A stretch of DNA of 17,628 bases from a virus. A program made the translations under genes and the position numbers. The DNA is taken from the IMG/VR virus record IMGVR_UViG_3300010413_000009, positions 1 through 17,628 of that record; one strand, 5' to 3'. Below are positions 1-6,619 of the stretch, piece after piece. The stretch's first letter is position 1, and the number at the start of each line of letters is the position of its first letter. A model generated the notes under the pieces. It was given only the letters and a program-made list of their open reading frames with translations. It did not search any database and was not told the origin of the DNA.

Positions 1-938
1 CAGTTTTCAATGATGAGTCCGGCCTGTACGTATGACATGTCCTTGCCAAGCAAGGACACCGCGCCTGCGCCAACGACCCAGACGTCAGTGACCCCTTCCA
101 CAATGATGCAGAACGGCAAGGTTTTTGCCATGTCCGCACCGTACAGCATTAGGCGCTTGTTCGTCCGAGGACGGTTGTAGTATTTTGGCTGTCCAGCCGC
201 TTTCCAATCTATGTCGTAAGGCGGGCGTGCCTGCCATCCCACCATTTGACCATCCATGTAGATCGGAATGATCATCTTGCCGACAACGGCCGGAAATTCC
301 AACGATTCATTACAGTACGACACGTCGTATCGTTCCCCGACTACCTGTGGCGATATTCCGCGCCCCAGCAGGTACTGGCATGCGATATGCTCCACAGGCA
401 AGTTGTCCAATCGCTGACAGTGCCCTGGTAAGTCCACCACGCCCAACGAAAGGTTCTCTGTCTTGCCCGGACGAACAGTTACTCGTTGGCCATGTAATTC
501 GCGCCCGACGCCGCCATAGATCATGTTCCGGAGCGCTTTACGGTTTGCTGGATTTTCCATGCATCCTTCGTTGTAGCAGACGCACATCCACCAGAAGCGA
601 TCGTCCTTATTGTAAAGTGGGTCTGTGGGATCTAATCCTACGCCCCAGCGGTGATTGATCCATAACCGATGGCGCGTATCTACAGCACCGCGCTGGAGAC
701 AGAACGGGCAGCAAACACGGTAATACTCACCAGAACTCAATGGAGAATACCTGTTGTGCCCGCCTACGAACTCGTAGCCGCCGCCGAACATCGCCTCGCC
801 TTGCTTAGCAATTACGACGCTACCGAACTGGCGTACCAGTCGCTCATATAGCATTGGATTGAGCACGCTGGCAGTGTTATTGCCAACATCCCATTCCAAT
901 CCAGCGCCGTTATTAGGCCCGAGTGTTGTGGTATCCAT
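1..938 (-). CDS. DNA primase, DnaG/T7 gp4-like (N-terminal ~312 aa; 3' end runs off the left edge of the window). Not in the supplied ORF track because no stop lies within the window
   Basis: Manual translation of the minus strand from ATG 938..936 is open to position 1. It begins MDTTTLGPNNGAGLEWDVGNN... Zinc ribbon: CCPFC (aa 76-80), then CVCYNEGC (aa 119-126), roughly 561..713. TOPRIM-type motif LPFCIIVEGVTDVWVVGAGA (E-G-x-x-D) at about 75..118. The ATG overlaps the TAA stop of the upstream helicase gene (TAATG at 936..940), which indicates translational coupling. Confidence 0.8.
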   Translation of the reverse strand, partial: MDTTTLGPNNGAGLEWDVGNNTASVLNPMLYERLVRQFGSVVIAKQGEAMFGGGYEFVGGHNRYSPLSSGEYYRVCCPFCLQRGAVDTRHRLWINHRWGVGLDPTDPLYNKDDRFWWMCVCYNEGCMENPANRKALRNMIYGGVGRELHGQRVTVRPGKTENLSLGVVDLPGHCQRLDNLPVEHIACQYLLGRGISPQVVGERYDVSYCNESLEFPAVVGKMIIPIYMDGQMVGWQARPPYDIDWKAAGQPKYYNRPRTNKRLMLYGADMAKTLPFCIIVEGVTDVWVVGAGAVSLLGKDMSYVQAGLIIEN

Positions 939-2554
939 TACCTATCTATCACGACCTGTGGCGCCCTGTGTGCCACGCTTGAATGAAACTTGGAGACATC
1001 TGCCCGCGGCACAAGTCGCCGTGTCACATCATCGACTTGGTAGTGCTTCGAGACATCCACCATGCGACAGTACGCACCATCAATCTTAAGGATCACGGGA
1101 GGCATCGACTCCCCGTGTCGTGTCTTCGTTGCGGCGAACTGACATACGCTATGCTCTTTGTCCTTCGTGCTCAATGCAAAAGCATACCATGCGTGGTCAG
1201 CGAACGATGAACACCACTGTGCTTCTGCGTGATGCGGCAACTTCGCCGGGGGCCGATCATTCAGGCTTCCCTTGAGCTGGTGCGCAATCCACACTGTGCA
1301 GCCGAATGGCGCCGCGATCTCCTGCTTCGCACGATTGACCAGGTTCTGCAGTTGTAGTGACATACCGCTGCCGTCTATGCGCCCCTCTTCAGCCTGAAGG
1401 TAATTTGCCACCATTGCGCCAGCCCAGTCAAGCACAACCATACGGATTGGCATTCCGCGATTATGCCGGATCGCCGTCAGCTTCTGGGCGACTTCCGTGA
1501 CGTGGCCTTTCCCGCCTTTCGCCGGGTTATGATGATCAAGCAGCACGAGGTACTTATTCAGCCACGGACGTGCTTGTTCCAGCCGCTCGGTCTCGCCCAA
1601 CATTTCCGCCGGGTTAGTCGCGCTTGAATACATCGCTTTCTCATAATCCTCAAGGCGGCCGATGCGGCTCAGTTCTGAGTCATCTTTGAGAAAGCGCAGA
1701 CGATCCTTCAGTACGCGCGCACTATACGACGCCGCACGGATTTGGATCATATCCAGATCGTCTTCATAGCTGACAAATACGATAAGGCCCGGTTCCCCGT
1801 CCGCAGCGCGGCGTGTCGCCTGGTGCTGCAATCGCGCTGTGGAACATGCGAGCTGCATTGACAACGTCGTCTTACCGCCCCCGGTAGGTCCAATGAGGAC
1901 ATTGCAATCACCTGGCTGACTGCCGCCACCCATTAGAACATCAACAAAATCGACTCCCGTCGGCCATAGTGGTTTAGCCGCTTTGGCCCACCGCGTTGGT
2001 AACGTGGTGGTGGTTTCCTCCACGCTGCCCAATGCCGCGATATCGATTATGCGCTGCTGTGCCCGTTCAATGATTGCCGGTAGGTTCGCGACGCGCTGTC
2101 CGGCTGCATACGTGATCGCTTGCCGCAGCTCTTCCTCAGGTCCGCGGTCAATTAGAATCTGCCGCAGGATGAATTTGGCTTCGTGCGGTTCAAGCGCCTC
2201 GGGCGGATTGACCTGTGCGTCGAACATGAATTTGAGAATGTGCTCAGCATTCTCGAGGATCTTGCCGCCGGTGGCCGGATCCGCACGCGCGAGCGGATCA
2301 TTCTCGATGTCCGTCAGGACGCGCACGGCCAGCGACTCGTACTTCGGTAGCTGGGCATGCTGTTCGTAGAAGTCCTTTACCTCGCGCCAGATATGTCGAT
2401 AGGGCATCTCGCTCGGCCGAGAGAACATATCCGGATGCAATTCTGTGAAACACAGCTGAAAGACCGCCGGGTCCTGTATCGCGTGCATCAACAGAAATTC
2501 AATGGCAAGCCCGTTGATTTCGAATGGCGCCTGCGGTTGCTTTGTCATTTGCAT
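938..2554 (-). CDS. Replicative DNA helicase, DnaB/SF4 (RecA-fold) family
   Basis: 538 aa, ATG start. Walker A LIGPTGGGKTTLS at about 1865..1891. Walker B-like hydrophobic-D stretches: LVLLDHHNP and RMVVLDWAGAM. The N-terminal ~200 aa helical domain precedes the ATPase core, as in DnaB and gp4 helicases. SD GAGGT lies 8 nt upstream. The stop overlaps the primase start. Confidence 0.8.
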   Translation of the reverse strand: MQMTKQPQAPFEINGLAIEFLLMHAIQDPAVFQLCFTELHPDMFSRPSEMPYRHIWREVKDFYEQHAQLPKYESLAVRVLTDIENDPLARADPATGGKILENAEHILKFMFDAQVNPPEALEPHEAKFILRQILIDRGPEEELRQAITYAAGQRVANLPAIIERAQQRIIDIAALGSVEETTTTLPTRWAKAAKPLWPTGVDFVDVLMGGGSQPGDCNVLIGPTGGGKTTLSMQLACSTARLQHQATRRAADGEPGLIVFVSYEDDLDMIQIRAASYSARVLKDRLRFLKDDSELSRIGRLEDYEKAMYSSATNPAEMLGETERLEQARPWLNKYLVLLDHHNPAKGGKGHVTEVAQKLTAIRHNRGMPIRMVVLDWAGAMVANYLQAEEGRIDGSGMSLQLQNLVNRAKQEIAAPFGCTVWIAHQLKGSLNDRPPAKLPHHAEAQWCSSFADHAWYAFALSTKDKEHSVCQFAATKTRHGESMPPVILKIDGAYCRMVDVSKHYQVDDVTRRLVPRADVSKFHSSVAHRAPQVVIDR

Positions 2555-2558
2555 TGCA

Positions 2559-3296
2559 TTACCTCAGTTTGGCCATCAGTGTGATTTCCGCATCAGTCAC
2601 CAGCTCGACCGGCAGTGCCGTGTTCCAGGTTGCAACATAGCCCATTGGATCCGTCAGGAACTGCTGCATTGCTGCTTCTTTGAAGTGGTCTGCAGCCGGC
2701 AATTGCTCGCTCGTCGCGATGCAGTATCGGAACAGCGGCGGCAACTCCAGCATTGTGTTCATGAGAACATAATTCCAGAGTTGCCTGTTACTGTAGTGCG
2801 GGAATGTCGTCAGCGCTTCGTCTGCGCAGCATTCAAACTCGAGATTGGCCGATGCCAGTTCCTGCTGCAGCGATGCGTCTGCGAACCGTTGGTAGTTCAG
2901 GTAGCGGTCCATTGCTTGTTGCGTATCGAAGGTACCCGGATTTGGCGCCGACGATAGCGTATCATCCCTGGCTATGCTGTACCGATATTGCGCGTGAATG
3001 TATCTCTCGAAATTATCCACGTCGTGCACCAGTAAGAATCGTGCGATACGCATCCAGAGCGGTTTCACGTCCTTTGGACCAGTGAGGTATTCGGAGCGTC
3101 CGGATACCTGCACACTGCGGGCCTTGGCCTCCCTGAGATTGGCGGCAGCCAGTCGATACGCGGCACGATATGTCTCGTTCTGCTGCGTTGGTGTAACTAG
3201 TTCCGCGCTCTCGGGTGGAGGCTGTTGCATGTAGAGATTACCCTCACGAATACGGCCGCGCTTAAACTCATTGACTGTATCATTAGAGTCTTGCAC
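2559..3296 (-). CDS. Hypothetical protein (245 aa), positioned between the two helicase genes
   Basis: ORF with a GTG start preceded by SD GGGAG (8-nt spacer). The stop is 4 nt from the helicase ATG. It overlaps the 3' end of the SF2 helicase gene by 14 nt. No recognisable motifs. Confidence 0.55.
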   Translation of the reverse strand: MQDSNDTVNEFKRGRIREGNLYMQQPPPESAELVTPTQQNETYRAAYRLAAANLREAKARSVQVSGRSEYLTGPKDVKPLWMRIARFLLVHDVDNFERYIHAQYRYSIARDDTLSSAPNPGTFDTQQAMDRYLNYQRFADASLQQELASANLEFECCADEALTTFPHYSNRQLWNYVLMNTMLELPPLFRYCIATSEQLPAADHFKEAAMQQFLTDPMGYVATWNTALPVELVTDAEITLMAKLR

Positions 3297-4812
3297 GTCG
3301 TCTACTCCCAGGTTGCCAAATCGTGCCGTCGCTATTCAGCTGCGTCCAGCCCCGTTTGTGATACATCCGCCGGCGATTATGCGATCGCGAATGAAAGCCC
3401 GTGTCCCAGATATCGTTGCAGTCTACCAGTATGCCCGCAGTCTTGTTCGTTGCGGGATCATTACGGCAAACACGGCCAGGGATTTGCACATTGAATGTGT
3501 CGCTGTCCCCTGCCTCAGCGCGTATCAGCACGTTGAGTGAGTCGAAACTGACCCCTGTGGACCAAACTCCCGTAGCGATTACACACATCTCTCGCCGACG
3601 TTCAAATGCCTGCCCAAGCTCGATACGTCGCTGCGTCGTCATTTCTTCGTCGGGCGCCATTAAGCCTTGCTGGACGTACGATCTTCGTTTTCCTTCGTCC
3701 AAGGCACCTTCTGAATAGCACAAGGTGGCCTCTGGAAGACAACTGCGTAGGTGCATGGCATGCTCCACGGTGTCGACCATTATCAGGACTTGGAGGCCGT
3801 CTTGTAAGAACGAGCGTGCCGCATCTGCTATCACCTGATTCCGCCATGGGTTCCTCCATATTCCGTGTCGCTTCCTTGCTACTAACTGCTGAAACCTCTC
3901 AGCCGGATTGGCACCTGGATCGATATCGAGCCACTGCACATATACGTGTGCTACAAGTCCCAGCGCCTCAGCTTCTTGCTGTGTCATGTGGAAAATGCGT
4001 GGGCCGAAGATGCCTTCCATTCGATGGTGCGCATTGTCCAGTCGCATATCAGGCGTTGCTGTGAAGCAGTAGTTTCGTGACGTCCAGTATCGGCCAAGCA
4101 TGCCAGCGAGCCGATCAGTCATCAATTCATGCGCTTCATCAGCGAGCAGTATATCCGCGCTGAAATCCGAATGGTGCAAACTGTCTGCAGTGTAGACGGT
4201 AACGCGTCGATTGCGTTCCTTCTTGCCGCCGCCGATCTGGCCCATACTTGGTACCCATCGTGTGAGCAATGTCCGTATGCGCCTGACAACGTCTTTCCGT
4301 TTGGTAACGATGTCGATCTTGGCGTGCGGATACATACACGCAATCATGCCCATCAGATGCGTCTTGCCGAAAGCCGGCGGTGCATCTATCAGGCCGTAGT
4401 CGTGCATGTCGATCTGGGCCAGACACACATCCTGTTTGGGCCGTAGCTCGAACCGCTCGAAGATGCGGTCCCACTGCGCAGTATAGATGCGCTCGGCTTT
4501 AGGTTCATCCTTGTCGATGTAGATGACCTCGTAGCCCGCGCGCTGTAGGAGTCCACGCACTCGCGGATAGAAACCCTTCTGACAGACGAAACGTCCCTGC
4601 GAATCGTACTGATACAGCCGACGCTGCTCGTGCTGTTTTATCTCATGTGGACGCCCGTCGTAAGGGCCTCTATGTGCACCGTACTCGAAGTGTAGGTGTG
4701 TGTAGGTGAGCGGTTTCTCTAGTTGTCGATACGTCTTCGGCGATAATGGCTGCACGCCATCTGCAGAGACTTCGATGAACGGACCGCCCTTTTTAACAAT
4801 CGCCCTAACCAT
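3283..4812 (-). CDS. Superfamily 2 DEAH-box DNA helicase (UvsW/Res-subunit-like)
   Basis: 509 aa, ATG start. Motif I DAPPAFGKTHLMG (Walker A). Motif II LLADEAHEL (DEAH). Motif III FTATP. Motif VI QIPGRVCR. Confidence 0.8.
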   Translation of the reverse strand: MVRAIVKKGGPFIEVSADGVQPLSPKTYRQLEKPLTYTHLHFEYGAHRGPYDGRPHEIKQHEQRRLYQYDSQGRFVCQKGFYPRVRGLLQRAGYEVIYIDKDEPKAERIYTAQWDRIFERFELRPKQDVCLAQIDMHDYGLIDAPPAFGKTHLMGMIACMYPHAKIDIVTKRKDVVRRIRTLLTRWVPSMGQIGGGKKERNRRVTVYTADSLHHSDFSADILLADEAHELMTDRLAGMLGRYWTSRNYCFTATPDMRLDNAHHRMEGIFGPRIFHMTQQEAEALGLVAHVYVQWLDIDPGANPAERFQQLVARKRHGIWRNPWRNQVIADAARSFLQDGLQVLIMVDTVEHAMHLRSCLPEATLCYSEGALDEGKRRSYVQQGLMAPDEEMTTQRRIELGQAFERRREMCVIATGVWSTGVSFDSLNVLIRAEAGDSDTFNVQIPGRVCRNDPATNKTAGILVDCNDIWDTGFHSRSHNRRRMYHKRGWTQLNSDGTIWQPGSRRRARL

Positions 4813-4832
4813 GCTATCTCGTAGTGCTGGTA

Positions 4833-4861
4833 TTGACAGCGAACATACGAAGGGCTAGGAT
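4833..4861 (+). promoter_or_regulatory. Sigma70-like promoter TTGACA-N17-TAGGAT on the plus strand
   Basis: TTGACA at 4833..4838 and a 17-nt spacer, then TAGGAT at 4856..4861. The same -35/-10 pair and spacing recurs on the minus strand at 5441..5469. Confidence 0.4.
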
Positions 4862-4867
4862 CGTGGG

Positions 4868-4938
4868 AAGAATCGCCCCAACGACCATACCCTTTGGTCG
4901 CGAATTACCGGAGCCCTGCTGCTACAGGGCTCCTTTTT
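4868..4938 (+). ncRNA. Candidate ~70-nt plus-strand small RNA, antisense-oriented in the helicase / 156-aa-gene intergenic region
   Basis: Bounded by the promoter at 4833..4861 and the intrinsic terminator at 4910..4938. Contains an internal hairpin CGACC-N9-GGTCG (4882..4900). No coding capacity. The overlapping plus ORF 4824..5015 runs through the terminator, so it is unlikely to be a gene. Confidence 0.3.
4910..4938 (+). terminator. Rho-independent terminator, plus-strand oriented
   Basis: Stem GGAGCCCTG, loop CTGCTA, stem CAGGGCTCC (perfect 9-bp stem), followed by TTTTT. On the minus strand the same hairpin follows the TAA stop of gene 4937..5407 but has no U-tract. It therefore works as a terminator only for plus-strand transcripts. 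Confidence 0.6.
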
Positions 4939-5407
4939 ACGTCCTACATGCAGTCTTGTCTGCTTGCTGCCCCTGCGCCGGGGACACGTCTACTACTTCG
5001 AAAGTACCGTACTGATTATCCTTCCTGTAAGGACTGATACCGCGGTAACATCCGGCGATTCGCATAAGCTCTCTGAAGTCGTCAGCCGGTAATGAGGATG
5101 GTATAACTGCACGCACGACAATCGTATCTCCTGGGTAGAACGCTTCGTGCACAGTATACTGACTCGGCGCGTAGAAGCGCTTGTATTCGCGCGGCTCGCC
5201 ATCAATGACAGGATCCCAATCGATGTCTTTGACAGCAGCATGATGCCTATTGACGACTTTAGCCGCGTAACGCATCAATGCCTGCCACCAGGTAGGCAAG
5301 AACATTACGCGGCCGTCTGGCGCGTGGAGCATCCTGCTTATCCGCTTGTGCCTACAGTCTCCCAGTGAGTGCTGATTGAAACGAATCGTAACTGCCATTT
5401 CCCTCAT
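4937..5407 (-). CDS. Hypothetical protein (156 aa)
   Basis: ATG start with SD GGAAGG (6-nt spacer). It lies directly downstream of the TTGACA-N17-TAGGAT promoter. No recognisable motifs. Confidence 0.6.
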   Translation of the reverse strand: MREMAVTIRFNQHSLGDCRHKRISRMLHAPDGRVMFLPTWWQALMRYAAKVVNRHHAAVKDIDWDPVIDGEPREYKRFYAPSQYTVHEAFYPGDTIVVRAVIPSSLPADDFRELMRIAGCYRGISPYRKDNQYGTFEVVDVSPAQGQQADKTACRT

Positions 5408-5440
5408 CGCTGGCCTTCCTTGTCGCCGGCGATTCCGGCA

Positions 5441-5469
5441 ATCCTAGTCGTCCCTGCTGCACGTGTCAA
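5441..5469 (-). promoter_or_regulatory. Sigma70-like promoter TTGACA-N17-TAGGAT on the minus strand, driving gene 4937..5407 and downstream genes
   Basis: Minus strand: TTGACA (5469..5464), then the 17-nt spacer cgtgcagcagggacgac, then TAGGAT (5446..5441). An A-tract (gcgaaaaagtga) lies immediately upstream of the -35, like an UP element. The predicted transcription start is near 5434, about 27 nt before the ATG at 5407. Confidence 0.55.
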
Positions 5470-5495
5470 TCACTTTTTCGCGGCCAACAGCCACG

Positions 5496-5540
5496 GGCCA
5501 CAAATTGTGGTGCGCATGGATACCGGCCACTAGATGTGGT
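5496..5540. promoter_or_regulatory. Two copies of the inverted-repeat site GGCCAC-N5-GTGGT (candidate operator or activator sites)
   Basis: Site 1 is GGCCACAAATTGTGGT at 5496..5511 (core CCACAAATTGTGG is a perfect 13-bp palindrome). Site 2 is GGCCACTAGATGTGGT at 5525..5540. Centres are 29 bp apart. The sites lie about 27 and 56 bp upstream of the -35 of the minus-strand promoter. Confidence 0.45.
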
Positions 5541-5587
5541 ACAGCTACTCCAGTTTAGCAGGCATCCACGTGACACACCAGCTGATG

Positions 5588-6619
5588 TCAGATCATCCCC
5601 GTCATCACTTGGTGCAGCTCGTAAGCCTCGACCTCAATCGGATGCTGAAAGAAGTCTGCGGGACGGAACAATGCTGCATGGCGCTCTGGTGTTGCATCAG
5701 ATTCGCGATACAGCTCACTGAGCCATGTGTGGCGCAGAAAGGCAATAAAGCGCTGAGAAGCGCGCAGATCCGCGATCACGGGATCCGCTGGTGCCCGCGC
5801 GGATGATCCCAATCCGAGTTTGCTGCCCCACGCACGCCACACGAAGTCGCACGGCGCGACGCCTGGCAATGTTGCGTCCTCTACTGGAACGGGCTTGTTG
5901 ATTTCAAACCGCTCGCGGATATCATTCTCCAGCCGGCTGTTCTTCCAACAATTCATCACCACGGCACAGCGATCGTGATATCGCCAACGCCGTTTACCGC
6001 CAGATACGCCTGCTTGCGTTTTCGGATGTAGCCCAAGCCACGCTTCAAGCTTGCCTGTGCGATCTGGCGCGCATTGATCGATGTACCATCTAGGATCGAG
6101 TATGTATGAGAGCAATCCGGCGACAGAGACCCTGTCGAGGCTCTGGATGAAAGATAGCGGACGCCATGCTGGATGCGCGCGCAGCGCGGGAATGATGGCC
6201 GCGGTGATCGCATTCTGCTCGGCAATACTCTTGAGAGCTGCCACGCACAGTGAGTACGCCCGGTAATCGGCCTCAACCACCTCATGAAAACCACCAATGC
6301 TGGGTGCGCGCTGAAACAGCAACATCCGCATCAGCAAAGCTTCTGGCTTGCGTCGCTCGCGCTCAGTCTTGCCGATGAGCGGAGTACACACTTGCACGCT
6401 GCCTATCAGGCCGCGTTGCTTACGGTCATACAGTTGTGTAATGAGCCTCGCGTTCGAGCTGGCGCCGATCACACGGATGCGATCTATTCCGTCTGCTTCG
6501 CCGCTGTCTAGGAATTCCTCCGGGCTACGACTGGACCATCGCACATCGTGGTTATTGGCCAGATACCAAACTCGACCGGCATGCACATGTATGTTCAGTA
6601 CCTGCATAGTCGTTGTCAT
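5588..6619 (-). CDS. Hypothetical protein (343 aa), translationally coupled downstream of the SbcC-like gene
   Basis: ATG at 6619..6617 overlaps the TGA stop of the SbcC-like gene (ATGA). A possible nucleotide-binding-like stretch is RIRVIGASSNARL. No confident family assignment. Confidence 0.6.
   Translation of the reverse strand: MTTTMQVLNIHVHAGRVWYLANNHDVRWSSRSPEEFLDSGEADGIDRIRVIGASSNARLITQLYDRKQRGLIGSVQVCTPLIGKTERERRKPEALLMRMLLFQRAPSIGGFHEVVEADYRAYSLCVAALKSIAEQNAITAAIIPALRAHPAWRPLSFIQSLDRVSVAGLLSYILDPRWYIDQCAPDRTGKLEAWLGLHPKTQAGVSGGKRRWRYHDRCAVVMNCWKNSRLENDIRERFEINKPVPVEDATLPGVAPCDFVWRAWGSKLGLGSSARAPADPVIADLRASQRFIAFLRHTWLSELYRESDATPERHAALFRPADFFQHPIEVEAYELHQVMTGMI

Noticed and set aside
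246-1210. Plus-strand ORFs (246..431, 347..658, 669..851, 859..1089, 983..1210) at the left end
   Set aside because: They lie antisense to a continuous, motif-rich primase reading frame on the minus strand. They have no SD sequences and Arg/Ser/Cys-rich low-complexity translations typical of GC-rich antisense frames.
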